Origin: Squalus acanthias
Taxonomy: Eukaryota
Direction: 5' to 3'
Assembly (NCBI GenBank): GCA_030390025.1
Contig: CM059432.1
Span: 496,001 to 560,000, forward strand
DNA: 64,000 bases
The notes beneath the pieces were generated by a model, which saw nothing but the letters and a program-made list of their open reading frames with translations, was not told where the DNA came from and did not search any database. Shown here in pieces: positions 22,701 through 33,822 of this stretch. Positions within the stretch are counted from its first letter, which is position 1. The number at the start of each line of letters is the position of its first letter. The translations under genes and the position numbers were made by a program.

Positions 22701-25700
22701 CCAAAATTTGCGATCGGAGGCCTCCAACCTGTGAAATATCTACGCATTTACCCGGTGGCCCGGGAGGTATCGATCCTGGGCCTCTCCGGGTACGCACTGG
22801 CAGAGGCTCATATCCCAGGGGTGCATGCAGTTCGCAAGCGCCCCTGGGATCACGTGGGCCGGCCCAACCAATAAAAGAATGGAATCCCCATTCATACTCA
22901 TGAAAGTTCCGTACGTAGCAACTCCCATAAGTATGAATGGGGATCACTTAAAAAAATACACGAATACATGATTTTTTTTTACATATTTAAAATAAATGAA
23001 AATGCCATTTAATTAAATATTTTAAACAAATTTAATTTTGAATTTTTTTTAATGTTTTATCGAGGCTAAAAATAAACTTGCCTTATTGAACAGGGTTTTT
23101 AATGTATAAATGAGTGATAGATTTTATTTTTCTATTTTTTAAAACTCTTATGCTGGTAAAAGAATTTCGCGGGCAGGAAGTTGGGCAAATAGCGCAACTC
23201 TCCGCCCGCAGAGGCCCGTCTCCCGCGGATGCGGAGGATCTGTCAGAACCCGGAACTTGCGCGGCCCCTACGGGCTCGTACGCACACGTGGGGGTTGCAA
23301 AATACAGCCCATCAAGTCTTGAAGGTTCCAGGGGATATTTGCGTGTACGTGTGTGTATCTTATATTTACAGCCTCTGTTTTGGTCTTCCCCCCCACAGGT
23401 GGAAACATCTTCTCTACGTCTATCCTATCCTTCATAATCTTAAAGGCCTCTATCAGGTCACTTCTTGGCCTTCTCTTGGTCAATATTTGCTAGACAAGGG
23501 CTTTCTTCGTGCTATTGGTTGATAGTCTGTCTTGTCTTGCAGATGATGCAACAGCTGTACACAGAATGCAAGCTTGTTCATGCTGATCTCAGTGCATACA
23601 ACATGCTGTGGCATATGGGGAAGGTAAGAATACTTTTAGATGTGTAGAGGTTAGGAAATAGGAACAGGAGAAGGCCATTCAGCCCCTTGAGCCTGTTCCG
23701 CCATTCAGTGAGATCAGTAACCCTTCATACCCTTGCACATCAAAAATCTATCATTCTCGGTGTTGACATTTTCTATTGACCCCCCCCAGCCTCAACAGCT
23801 TTTTGGGGGAGAGAGTTCCAGATTTCCACTACCCTTTGTGTGAAGAAGTGCTTCCTGACACCTAGGATTATAGAATTTTTTTTGATTTCATTTAGCTTTG
23901 TCTTAATTCCTAATGGTGGTTCAGATGCTAACAGATCTTGCCACCAATGTTCCCCTGAATTTTTAATTTGGGGTGCGTGGTCCCGTTAACGAGCTGCGTG
24001 GTGCACTCAAAGTTCCGCGCACGTGCACAATTTCATGTTTAAAAAGCCAGTCCCGGGCTGCGTGGGACCGGCGGACAGCTGCTTGCTTACCAAATACTAA
24101 AAAAAAAAAAATTACCCTCTTTCCCCCAACATCAGTGTTGAAGGGACGTGTGCCGAACAAACTCATTCGGCATAAAAGTCTTTACTGCAACAACTGGACT
24201 TCTGATTGGTTTTTCACACGCGCGACGTGATTATAACCGTTGCTGTGTTTTTGTGTCTTCACAGGTTTGGTTGATCGACGTCAGTCAGTCTGTGGAACCT
24301 ACTCATCCTCATGGACTCGAGTTTCTCTTCAGGGACTGTAAAAATGTTTCTCGGGTATGGATCACATTACTTTTTTTTCCGTTGCAGATCCACTTACCTT
24401 GGCAGCAGTGAATTAGTGCAGCTTTCCATAGAATTTACAGCACAGAAACCGGCCATTCGGCCCAACTGGTCTATGCCGGTGTTTATGCTCCACAAGAGCC
24501 ACCCTATTTCATCTTACCCGATCAGCAGATCCTTCTATTCCTTTCTCCCTCATGTGCTTATCTGGCTTCCCTTGAAATGCATCTCTACTATTCGCCTCAA
24601 CCACTCCCTGTGGTAGCGAGTTCCACATTCTCACCACTCTCTGGGGAAAGAAGTTTCTCCTGAATTCCTTATTGGATTTATTAGTGACTATCTTCTATTT
24701 ATGGCCATTGGTTTTGGAATTCCCCACAAGTGGAAACATTTTCTCCACGTCTATCCTATCGAACCGCTTCATATTTTAAAGACCTCTATCCAGTCACCTC
24801 TCAGTCTTCTCTTTTCTGGAGAAAGGAGCCCCAGCCTGTTCAGTCTTTCCTAATGGTTATAACCTCTCCGCTCCGGTATCATCCTATTCAATCTTTATTT
24901 CCACTTGCTCCATTGCTTCTGTATCCTTTTTGTAATATGGAGACCAGAACTGTTCACGTTACCCCAAGTGTGGTCTAACCAAGGTTTCATATAAGTTTAA
25001 GATAACTTCTTTGCTTTTGAATTCTATTCTCTAGAAATGAACCCCAGTACTAAATTATTTTTAATCGCGCAATATAACATCATATCACACTAATCTGAAC
25101 CGGGATTTATTTGATGAGGTGGAAATTCAGTAGCTCTGGCGTTGCAGAAGTACCTCACTCTACCAAAACTATATATTATTCAAAAGTCTCCCAGCCGTAA
25201 TGCCTTGCCCTTCTGCAAACAGTGCCATTTGTAATTGCTGTGATGTTGAAGCTTCAACTTATCCAAAATCCCACCCACCGCATCCTCGCCCGCTATCATT
25301 GCCTCCGCCCTCCCCGAGCTACACATTTCCAGTACCCCAGTGTGCTGATTTCCCCCAAAATTCTTGTCCTTGTTTTCAAATCTGTAAACTTGAACTCATC
25401 CAAAACTCTGCTGCCCGTGTCCTAACTCGCACCAAGTCCCGTTCACCCATCACCAAAGTCCCCCCCCCTAATTTTTTGGGGGGTGCGCAGCCCATTCAAA
25501 ATTTCACGCATGTACAAAATCTCCCATTTGAGAATCCGGTCCCGGGCTGCGTGCAGCTTAGCAGGAACGTTGCCCATCATCCCTGTGCTCGCTGACCTAC
25601 ATTGGCTCCCGGTTAAACAACGCCTCGATTTTAAAACACTCAATTTTCAAATCCCTCCATGGCCTCGACCCATCGATCTCTGTAATCTCCTCCAGCTCTA

Positions 25701-28328
25701 CAACCCTCCGAGATCTCCGCGCTCCTCCAACTCTGGCCTCTTGAGCATCCCCGATTTTAATCGCTCCACCATTGGCGGCCGTGCCTTCAGCTGCCGAGGA
25801 CCGAACTTCCTGAATTCCCTCCCTAAACCTCTCCGCCTCTCTACCTCTCTCTCCTCCTTTCAGACGCTCCTTAAAACCTACCTCTTTGACCAAGCTTTTG
25901 GTCACCTGTCCTAATATCTCCTTACGTGCCTCGGTGTCGAATTTTGTTTGATAATCGCTCCTGTGAAGCGCCCTGGGACGTTTTACTGTCGGCGGGGCAG
26001 TACTGAGGGAGCGCTGCACTATTTCGAAGAGGAGCTGGGGAGTTCTCCCTGGTGCCAATATTTATCCCTCAACCAACACCTAAAAAGAAACAGATGATCT
26101 GGTCATTATCACATTGCTGTGTGTGGGAGCTTGCTGTGCGCAAATTGGCTGCCGCGTTTCCCACATTACAACAGTGACGACACTTCAAAAAGTACTTTGT
26201 TGGCTGTAAACCGCCACATAAATGCATGTCTGACTTATTTTTGAAATTGGTACTTTGGAAATTGATGGTGCGTGATTAACTCATGGTTTTCTTAAGCCAC
26301 ACATGTAGAGTGATCCTTTATGCTGTTCTCCTTATTGCAGTTCTTCCAGAAGTCGGGGGTTGCAGATGCAATGGGCGAACGGGAGCTTTTCAACGCAGTC
26401 TCTGGTTTAGGTATTACAGCGGATAACGAAGTGGACTTCATTGCTGAGGTATAACCTTCTCATGCAATAAAACATGGCTTGTGTTTAAAATCTCAGTGTT
26501 TTAAAGCGTCTTGAGACATTTAACTGCGTTAAAGGCGTTGCATGAATGCAGGTTGTTGAGGGCTCACTTTGTGAACATTTCATTGATTAAACCCGCAACC
26601 TAAACTGTATTTTCCAATAATAAGTATGCATGCGAGGGGAAAATTTAATTGAGCGGGCCAGAATGAAGCAACTCATTTGTTTTGTAGTCGCATAAAATCT
26701 TTTGATTATCTCAGATTATTTCTAGAAATTATTTTTTTTTTTTTTTTTTTTTAAAGAGAACTGCAAATCTGCCAGGCGCGGTTTAACGGACCTAGTTATT
26801 CTGGCTTTATGACAAAACGCAGTTTCAACTTTTATCAGTTGATTAACAAACATTCGGTTGAGAAAACGGCATTCAGTACTTTATGGTGCAAAATTTAAAA
26901 GCAGATTTACGTTGGAGAGAATCTTCTCCCCTAACCTTATTAAAAATGCAGAGGAGGGGGAAACAGCCAAGGTTCCTAGATATTAAGGGGAACAGATAGG
27001 GTAGATCGAGAGAAACTATTTCCACTGGTTGGGGATTCTAGGACTAGGGGGCGTAGTCTAAAAATTAGAGCCAGACCGTTCAGGAGTGAAATTAGGAAAC
27101 ACTTCTATACACAAAGGGTGGTAGAAGTTTGGAACAATTCCACAAACAGCAACTGATGCCAGATCAATTGTTAATTTAAAATCTGAGATTGATAGATTTC
27201 TGTTAACCAAAGGTATTCAGGCTGACACTCCCAGTGCAGTACTGAGGGAGCGCCGCACTGTCGGAGGGGCGGTACTGAGGGAGCGCTGCACTGTCGGAGG
27301 GGCAGTACTGAGGGAGCGCCGCACTCTAGATGGGGCAGTACTGAGGGAGCACTGTACTGTCGGAGGGGCAGTACTGAGGGAGGGCTGCACTGTCGGAGGG
27401 GCAATACTGAGGGAGCGCTGTACTTTCAGAGGGGCAGTACTGAGGGAGCACCGCACTGTAGATGGGGCAGTACTGAGGGAGCACTGCACTGTCGAAGGGG
27501 CAGTACTGAGGGAGCGCCGCACTGTCGGAGGGTCAGTACTGAGGGAGCGCCGCACTGTCGGAGGGTCAGTACTGAGGGAGTGCCGCACTGTTGGAGGGGC
27601 AGTACTGAGGGAGTGCCGCACTGTCGGAGGGGCAGTACTGAGGGAGCGCCGCACTGTCGGAGGGGCAGTACTGAGGGAGCGCTGCACTGTTGGAGGGGCA
27701 GTTCTGAGGGAGCACTGCACTGTCGGAGGGGCAGTTCTGAGGCAGCGCCGCACTGTTGGAGGCCTGGACTAATGATCCGGAGACATGAGATCAAATCCCA
27801 CCACGGCAGCTGAGAAATTTAAATTCAGTTAAATTAAATAAAAAGCGAGTGTTAGTAATGGTGACCACGAAATTACCGGATTGTTGTAAAAACCCAACTG
27901 GTTCACTAATGTCCTTTAGGGAAGGAAATCTGCCGCCCTTACCCGGTCTGGCCTATATGTGACTCCAGACCCACAGCAATGTGGTTGACTCTTAACTGCC
28001 CTCTGAAATGGCCGAGCAAGACACTCAGTTGTATCAAACCGCTTGGAAAGCCCTCACATCACAGACTCCAATGGTTCAAGGCGGCGGCTCACAACCACCC
28101 TCTCGAGGACAATGGAGGATGGGCAATAAATGCTTTCAATGAATAAAAAATTCAAGATGACTGCATTAATTTTAGTACGTCGTCTGCGCTAACGATGTAT
28201 TTGCCTTTTTTAAAAAATGTTTGTAGATCGAAGCTTTGGAGAAAATTAACGAAGACCACGTCCAACAGCGCGGGAAACACATGAAGATCGTGTACGATGA
28301 TTATGATGAAAGTCCAACAGACGATTAA
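4629..28328 (+). CDS. RIOK3: RIO kinase 3, multi-exon gene, 5'-partial (11 coding exons visible, equivalent to human exons 3-13)
   Basis: Exons 4629-4771, 10228-10335, 12603-12712, 14035-14178, 16407-16534, 18244-18426, 22415-22574, 23543-23623, 24265-24354, 26341-26448 and 28227-28328 have AG/GT boundaries and join in frame. They give the RIO kinase motifs [39 protein letters not shown] and WLIDVSQSV, plus the RIOK3-specific N-terminal [18 protein letters not shown]. Confidence 0.97.
4797..5707. repeat. 30-bp minisatellite, about 30 copies (TTCAGTGTCTGCCTGTGTCTCKGGTGTGGA)
   Basis: Clear 30-nt periodicity; one shortened unit near 5461-5478. Confidence 0.97.
5765..6110 (-). mobile_element. 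CR1 LINE 3' fragment
   Basis: [25 protein letters not shown] on the minus strand. Confidence 0.85.
6285..6590 (-). mobile_element. 3' fragment of second CR1-group LINE family (family B, same as 43655-46899)
   Basis: [41 protein letters not shown]. Confidence 0.85.
6806..6848 (+). ncRNA. Minimal type I hammerhead ribozyme motif (Penelope-type)
   Basis: cagggtt-CTGATGA-a-aggcc/atc/gacct-GAAA-c-GTT-aactctg: 7-bp stem I, stem II, palindromic AACGTT in place of stem III. Confidence 0.75.
7260..7472 (-). mobile_element. tRNA-derived V-domain SINE (HE1-like)
   Basis: A box ggtggcatagtgg, B box gggttcgaatc, V-domain tgtgtggagtttgcacattctccccgtgtctgcgtgggttttctccgggtgctccgg. Confidence 0.85.
8620..8657 (-). 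ncRNA. Hammerhead ribozyme motif in the inverted pLTR
   Basis: Reverse complement agtt-CTGACGA-a-aggtc/atc/gacct-GAAA-c-ATT-aact. Confidence 0.65.
9554..9590 (+). ncRNA. Hammerhead ribozyme motif in the pLTR
   Basis: agtt-CTGACGA-a-aggtc/atc/gacct-GAAA-c-GTT-aact. Confidence 0.75.
10228..10335 (+). CDS. RIOK3: RIOK3 exon: (V)[35 protein letters not shown]
   Basis: Polypyrimidine tract plus cactcag acceptor; G|gtaatg donor; in frame with neighbours. Confidence 0.95.
10592..10853 (+). mobile_element. tRNA-headed SINE fragment sharing its 5' region with the 43655-46899 LINE
   Basis: B box gagttcaaatccc; body aaaacccatctggttcact...gggaaggaaacctgc...gtgactccag. Confidence 0.75.
10854..10977. 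mobile_element. hAT-type MITE, truncated
   Basis: Starts caatgttccctctaaat; internal sequence shared with other copies. Confidence 0.7.
11735..12222 (+). mobile_element. CR1 LINE 3' fragment
   Basis: [48 protein letters not shown]. Confidence 0.88.
12603..12712 (+). CDS. RIOK3: RIOK3 exon: (D)[36 protein letters not shown]
   Basis: ttgacag acceptor, gtaagc donor. Confidence 0.95.
12760..13380 (-). mobile_element. tRNA-derived Deu-domain SINE (SacSINE1-like) with internal 33-bp expansion
   Basis: Deu-domain ggatgagatgttaaaccgaggcccc...ggacgtaaaagataccatggcactattt; A/B boxes at 13320-13380; array about 13068-13277. Confidence 0.85.
13793..13934. mobile_element. hAT-type MITE with 8-bp TSD, abutting a second truncated MITE (about 13660-13784)
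   Basis: caacgttccc...gagaacattg; flanks gataagac and gatgagac. Confidence 0.8.
14035..14178 (+). CDS. RIOK3: RIOK3 exon: [48 protein letters not shown]
   Basis: ccttttttag acceptor, gtatgt donor. Confidence 0.95.
14222..14710 (-). mobile_element. CR1 LINE 3' fragment
   Basis: ORF track 14440-14700 and 14231-14425. Confidence 0.88.
14995..15148. mobile_element. hAT-type MITE with 8-bp TSD
   Basis: cgatgttccc...gggagcattg; flanks cttgggaa and attgggaa. Confidence 0.8.
15430..15866 (-). mobile_element. CR1 LINE 3' fragment
   Basis: [10 protein letters not shown]...[20 protein letters not shown]. Confidence 0.85.
16407..16534 (+). CDS. RIOK3: RIOK3 exon: [42 protein letters not shown] (RIO P-loop)
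   Basis: tctcag acceptor, AG|gtatgt donor, STGKES motif. Confidence 0.96.
16580..17125 (+). mobile_element. CR1 LINE 3' fragment with nested SINE tail (about 16835-16945)
   Basis: [29 protein letters not shown]. Confidence 0.8.
17257..18051. mobile_element. Non-autonomous TIR element (PIF/Harbinger-like) with nested CR1 tail (about 17421-17560)
   Basis: ggcctggaatttgc ... caacttccgggcc imperfect TIRs; GC-rich ends and AT-rich centre. Confidence 0.5.
18244..18426 (+). CDS. RIOK3: RIOK3 exon: (S)[60 protein letters not shown]
   Basis: cttctgtag acceptor, AG|gtaggg donor, AIK catalytic lysine. Confidence 0.96.
19470..21048 (-). mobile_element. CR1 LINE, 5'-truncated, frameshifted RT
   Basis: [56 protein letters not shown]. 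Confidence 0.93.
21261..21672 (+). mobile_element. CR1-group family B 3' fragment
   Basis: [18 protein letters not shown]; tail gggatgggcaataaatgc. Confidence 0.85.
21926..22053. mobile_element. hAT-type MITE with 8-bp TSD inside an L2 3' fragment (about 21895-22372)
   Basis: caatgttccc...gggaacgttg; flanks ccgacaac and cctacaac. Confidence 0.85.
22415..22574 (+). CDS. RIOK3: RIOK3 exon: (R)[53 protein letters not shown]
   Basis: attctgcag acceptor, gtaagc donor. Confidence 0.96.
22698..23310. mobile_element. Non-autonomous PIF/Harbinger-like element with 3-bp TSD (ATC)
   Basis: atc|ggcccaaaatttgc ... gcaaaatacagccc|atc; internal hairpin 22884-22944. Confidence 0.6.
23543..23623 (+). CDS. 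RIOK3: RIOK3 exon: [27 protein letters not shown] (catalytic loop)
   Basis: tcttgcag acceptor, gtaaga donor. Confidence 0.96.
24265..24354 (+). CDS. RIOK3: RIOK3 exon: [30 protein letters not shown] (metal-binding loop)
   Basis: cttcacag acceptor, gtatgg donor. Confidence 0.96.
24427..25045 (-). mobile_element. CR1 LINE 3' fragment
   Basis: Same family as 5765-6110 and 53385-53917. Confidence 0.85.
25330..25985 (+). mobile_element. L2 3' fragment containing a MITE at 25454-25572 (TSD cccatcac/cccatcat)
   Basis: [23 protein letters not shown] | [18 protein letters not shown]. Confidence 0.85.
26341..26448 (+). CDS. RIOK3: RIOK3 exon: [36 protein letters not shown]
   Basis: cttattgcag acceptor, gtataa donor. 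Not in the ORF track; translated by hand. Confidence 0.95.
27236..27760 (+). repeat. 33-bp SINE-derived minisatellite (about 16 copies)
   Basis: GCAGTACTGAGGGAGCGCCGCACTGTCGGAGGG units. Confidence 0.93.
27759..28150 (+). mobile_element. SINE composed of the 5' head and 3' tail of the family B LINE
   Basis: Head/body matches the reverse complement of 46570-46865; joined to tail ggttcaaggcggcggctcac...gggcaataaatgc. Confidence 0.8.
28227..28328 (+). CDS. RIOK3: RIOK3 last coding exon: [33 protein letters not shown]
   Basis: tttgtag acceptor, TAA at 28326-28328. Confidence 0.94.
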   Translation: MEALEKINEDHVQQRGKHMKIVYDDYDESPTDD

Positions 28329-29445
28329 AGAAGGAATGATTTTTAAATATTTTATGCAGGCTGACCTTTGCAAGAGGGGAAGATAAACTGGCAAGCTGGG
28401 ATTCGACGGAGCTGGAAATTTGTGCAATTTAATCCGGTTTAAAATTAAAAATGAGTATCAGTAGATTTGTGTAGTCGGTATTTATTGTGACAGAAATCAG
28501 GCTGGTGTGGTGATGAAGATGCCGTAAGCTGTTGCTGTTTACCTCTCTCTACACGTGTATTAATTTGTCGCGTGTTCGCCCAACTTGACTTTAAACGACA
28601 TTTTGAGTGAAAGCTGTCTTCACATTGACAGTGTAACTGCAGACTGTTACATATTTTACATTGTTGCATTGAAATGGGGTCAGAGTAACGCACATTCAAT
28701 GAAAAGGTGGTTCTTTCTCAATTTACCATTCTGTGTTCAGAGAGGTGCTGTTGGCAGTGCAGCACCTGGAGTCCAGGTATGCCTATTTAAGCTAGAGTTA
28801 CTGAGACTTTTGCAAATTCTGATGGCAAAAAAATGTAATTTAAAGCGAAGAGGTCACACGGCTTTAAGCTTTTTTTTAAAAACTGCTTAGAAGCGACTGA
28901 TCACGGGCCTCTTAATTGTAATGGTGTAGAAAGTGATTGGCAGGCTCATTGAATTATAACTCTGCACAAATTTTGTTTATACAATACATAATGAAATTCT
29001 GTTTGTAGTCAAAAGATTGCTAATTAATCTAAAAGGTAACTTAAAAAACAGTAAGGATATTTGGGATCAAATGGGGAACTATTCATTTTGTGTTTGTAAA
29101 CAGAATTTTAAAAAAAAATGGTGCTCCCTAAACTGCATCCAGAAAAAGTGTGGCGTCTAGAATGAATACTCCAAACTTGTGACAGTTGTTTTGTACGTCT
29201 TAATACATCCCATCAGAATGTGGTAGGACCAGTACACACCAATTCAGCCTTCGTGCTGATCTGTCGGAGGTGCTTCTATAAGACCTTTCTGCCAAGTAGT
29301 ATCGGTAAGCAGCCATTCCCAAACAGCCCTTTCAAAACTGATAAATATGTGATTTGTCACTTATGTTATGGTTAACTCTCTGGGCACCTTTCATCAAAAG
29401 ACTGAGCAAAACACGAGTGTAGAACTGAGCTGAGCATTTCTACAT

Positions 29446-29451
29446 AATAAA
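29446..29451 (+). terminator. Candidate RIOK3 polyadenylation signal AATAAA
   Basis: AATAAA about 1.1 kb after the stop, at the end of a repeat-free AT-rich 3'UTR-like stretch and just before CR1 repeats resume at about 29537. Confidence 0.4.
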
Positions 29452-29536
29452 TAATGCAAAGCAATGTGCACGGATTGCTTTGATTAGCCTCCACTCCACC
29501 AATCCCACAGAAGCACTGCATCGCTTTAAAAACAAT

Positions 29537-30375
29537 TAAGAACATAAGAAATAGGAGTAGGCCATTCGGCCCCTCGAACCTCCTCTGCCATTCAATAAGA
29601 TCACGGCTGATCTTTGACCTCAACTCCACTTTCCTGCCCGATCTCCATATCCCTTGATTCCCTTAGTGCCCAAGAATCTATCGATCTCTGTCTTGAATAT
29701 ACTCAACGACTGAGCCTCCACAGCCCTCTGGGGTAGAGAATTCCAAAGATTCACCACCCTCTGAGTGAAGAAATTTCTCCTCATATCAGTCCTAAATGGC
29801 CTACCCCTTATTCTGAGACTGTGACCCCTGGTTCTTGACTCTCCAGCCAGGGGAAGCAATCTCAGCATCTACCTTGTCAAGCCTTCTAAGAATTTTATAT
29901 GTTTCAATGAGATCATCTCTCATTCTTCTAACCTCCAAAGAATATAGGCCCAATCGCTGGGTCAAAATCCTGGAACTCCTACCTAACAGCACTGTGGGAG
30001 TACCTTCACCACACGGACTGCAGCGGTTCAAGAAGGCGGCTCACCACCACCTTCTCCAGGGCAATTAGGGATGGGCAATAAATGCTGGCCTTGCCAGCGA
30101 CGCCCACATCCCAGGAATGAATTTTTAAAAAATCTACTCAATTGAATGTAATCAATGTACACACATAGAAAGTGTGTATAATGTATACATGTAAGCGTTA
30201 TAAATACGTTGAGTATATTCAAGACAGAGATCGATAGATTTTTGAATATTAAGGGATATGGGGATCAGGAGGGAAAGTGGAGTTGAGGTCGAAGATCAGC
30301 CATGATCTTGTTGAATGGCGGAGCAGGCTCGAGGGGCCGTATAGCCGACTCCTGCTCTTATTTCTTATGTTCTTA
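29537..30375. mobile_element. Cluster: CR1 (-) 29537-29955, family B tail (+) 29955-30128, CR1 tail (+) 30208-30375
   Basis: ORF-track CR1 peptides and shared tails. Confidence 0.85.
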
Positions 30376-30842
30376 TAAATGTCCAATCCTCAAGCCCATA
30401 AGAATCAGGAATCTTTTCAACTGATGAATTCTTCTGTGTTTAAAACTATGACGACTTGCTTGGTATTTGCACTGCTTGGTGCATGAAATAAATCGCGACT
30501 CCTTATACCAGAGTTCAAATAGGAGCCCCTGAGAATGGCATGGGAGTGTACCTGTTTGACAAGCACACATTAAGAGAATGATTCCCTAGCCTTCAGCATT
30601 CAATTAATCTCAACATAATGTTGAAGGACCATCAACTTAAATATGAAGTATGACTAAGTGTGTTAGGTAAAGGATGTGTCACAGGTACTACAGTAACTGA
30701 TATATACCACCACAATGCTCCAGATTGTGATCAGTACTTGCACTGGGAGAAGTAGTTCCTTGACAAGGGACACTTGCTCTGTGTGTGTTTTCTACTTAAG
30801 AATTGATCTTCAGGGTAACTTCCTGGTAAGTAGAATACTTGT

Positions 30843-31310
30843 GAGCTGTGACTCAGTGGGTAGCACCCTCACCTCTGAGTCAGAAGGTTGGGGTTTCAAG
30901 TCCCCCTCCAGAGACTTGAGCACACAAATCCAGGCTGACACTCCAGTTGCAGTTCTGGGGGAGTGCTGCACTGTTGGAGGAGCAGTACTGAGGGAGCGCC
31001 GCACTGTCTGAGGGGCAGTACTGAGGGAGTACTGCACTGTCGGAGGTGCTGTCTTTCGGATGAGACGTTAAACCGAGGCCCCGTCTGCTCTCGGGTGGAT
31101 GTAAAAGATCCCATGGCACTATTTCAAAGAGGAGTTGGGGAGTTTTCGCCGGTGTCCAGGCCAATATTTATTCCTCAATGAACATCACTAAAACAGATTA
31201 TCTGGTCATTATCACATTGCTGTTTGTGGGAGCTTGCTGTGTGCAAATTAGCTGCCACGTTTCCTACATTACAACAGTGACTACACTTCAAAAAGTACTT
31301 TATTGCCTGT
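30843..31310 (+). mobile_element. Deu-domain SINE (SacSINE1-like), near full length
   Basis: A box gtgactcagtggg, B-box-like ggtttcaagtcc, Deu-domain, three 33-bp units. Confidence 0.88.
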
Positions 31311-32047
31311 CCAGTGGTCGTGCAAGTCTTTTTATTAGTAAATCAAAGAATTGTTAGAAATTCTTCTTCAATTTCCCAGTAACTGGAATCACTGAACTTT
31401 TAAAGTGATTTTTTTTTAAAAACCTAGAATGATATTGGACAGAAGGAGGCCATTCGGCCCATCGTGTCTTTGAAAGAGCTCTCCAATTAGTCCCACTCCC
31501 TCTGCTCTTTCCCCACAGCCCTGCAAATTTCTCCTTTTCAAGTATTTATCCAATTCCCTTTTAAAAGTTGATATTGAATCTGCTTCCACCGCCCTTTCAG
31601 GCAGCGCGTTCCAGATCACCACACGGCCATGAACAAAGAGTGACCAAGGTACTGGCAGATAAGAGGCAGCAATTTGACATTTTTCCTTGACAGAATTCGA
31701 TGGTTACAAAAAGTTTCGCCAGCTCACTTCACGTCCAAGGTTTTCTTTTTGCAAGTGCCAATTATAGCTTAAAGCTTTAGATTGTACATGGTAATTTGAT
31801 GCTGGGTCTGGTAGTGGGAGAACATTCAGAATGTACGACATTATAACAGTGACTACACTTCCAAAAAAAAAGTACTTAATTTTGCTGTGAAGCACTTTGG
31901 GATGTCCCGAGGCTACTTACTTTTTATGTGGTCTGTTCAAGAAAGAATTCCTAAACTTATTGGAAACGGGGAATAAGGGATTTAAAAATCCCAGCACGAT
32001 TCCAGTATGGATTTGTGATCATCTGCATTTACTACAGTTAATACATC

Positions 32048-32680
32048 GTCTACCTCCACCTCCGTAATATCGCCCGACTCCGCCTGTGCCTCAGCTCATC
32101 TGCTGCTGAAACCCTCATCCGTGCCTTTGTCACCTCTAAACGTGACTATTCCAACGCACTCCTGGCCGGCCTCCCACCTTGCCCCTCTAAACTTGAGCTC
32201 AGCCTTAACTCTGCTGTCTTGTATCCTAACTCGAACTGAGTCCCGTTCACCCATCACCCCTGTGCTCGCTGACCTGCATTGGCGCCCGGTCCGGCAATGC
32301 CGCGATTTTAAAATTTACATTCTTGAGTTCAAATCCCTCCATGGCCTCGCCCCTCCCTATCTCTGTAACCTCATCCAGCCCTCCGAAGCTCCGAGATATC
32401 TGCGCTACTCTAATTCTGGCCTCTTGCGCATCCCTGAATTTCTTCGCTCCACCATTGGTGGCCTTCAGCTGCCTAGGCCCTAAGCTCCCTCCTTAAACCT
32501 CTCCGCCTCTCTACCTCTCCTTTAAGACGTTCCTTAAAACCTACCTTTTTGACCAAGCGTTTGCTCACCTGCCCTAATATCTCCTTTTGTGGCTCGGTGT
32601 CAAATTTTGACTGATTACACTCCTGTGAAGCGCCTTGGGACGTTTTACTATGTTAAAGACGCTATATAAATGCAAGTTTT
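32048..32680 (+). mobile_element. L2 3' fragment
   Basis: [31 protein letters not shown]. Confidence 0.85.
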
Positions 32681-33236
32681 TGTATATTTGGCACCAATCC
32701 CACTTGTATTTAAATAGTGCCTTTAATGTAAATCATGTTCCACAGCTCTTTTCAAATAGCTGTAGGGGAAACAAGATTGCAATGTTGCAGGATATTAGAA
32801 ACATCAAAGCAAAGATGAAGACTGAGATATGACTGGATGGAATGCTCTCCATGCTAGAATCGAGCCCTAGCTGAGCTTGATGTAGATAATGACTGCAATA
32901 TCCAGCACATAACCTTCATAAATCATACATTTCCCACATTACAACAGTGACTACACTTCAAAAGTACTTAAATCGGCTGTAAAGTGCTTTGGGCCATCCT
33001 GAGGTTGTGAAAGGTGCTTTATAAATGCAAGTTCTTTAAATACAAAGACTAAGTATTCATATAAGATTATAGTCCAGGACAATCTCAGCAGGAATAAAAC
33101 TGTCAACTGTTAGGCATAAGCTTTAATAAATGTTACACTCTATTCTAAAAGTATTTTCCAATTACAATGGGTTATAGCAATACTGTCATGGTATGCAAGG
33201 AACCATCTTCATACCCAGGTCTCCGAACTAGCAACA

Positions 33237-33822
33237 GAACATAAGAAATAGGAGCAGGAGTTGGCCATTTGGCCCTTCGAGCCTGCTCCGCCATTCAATA
33301 AGCTCATGGCTGATCTTCTGCCTCATCTCCACTTTCTTGCTCTATCCCCATATCCCTTGATTCCCTTAATATTCAAAAATCTATCGATCTCTATCTTGAA
33401 TATACTCAACGACTGAGCCTCCACAGCCCTCTGGGGTAGAGAATTCCAAAGATTCACCACCCTCTGAGTGAAGAAATTTCTCCTCATCTCAGTCCTAAAT
33501 GACCGACCCATTTGGTTCTAGACTCCCCAGCCAGGGGAAAACATCCTCCCTGCATCTATCCTGTCAAGCCCTGTAAGAATTTTGTATGTTTCAATGAGAT
33601 CATCTCTCATCCTTCTAAACTCCAGAGAATATAGGCCTAGTCTATTCAATCTCTCTTCATAAGACAATCCCCCCATCCCAGGAATCAGCCTGGTGAACCT
33701 TCGTTGCACTCCCTCTATGGCAAGTATATCCTTCCTTAGGGAAGGAGACCAAAACTACACAATACTCCAGGTGTGGTCTCACCAGGGCCCTATATAATTG
33801 CAGTAAGATGACTTTACTCTTA
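33237..33822 (-). mobile_element. CR1 LINE 3' fragment
   Basis: ORF track 33323-33511 and 33518-33709. Confidence 0.88.
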
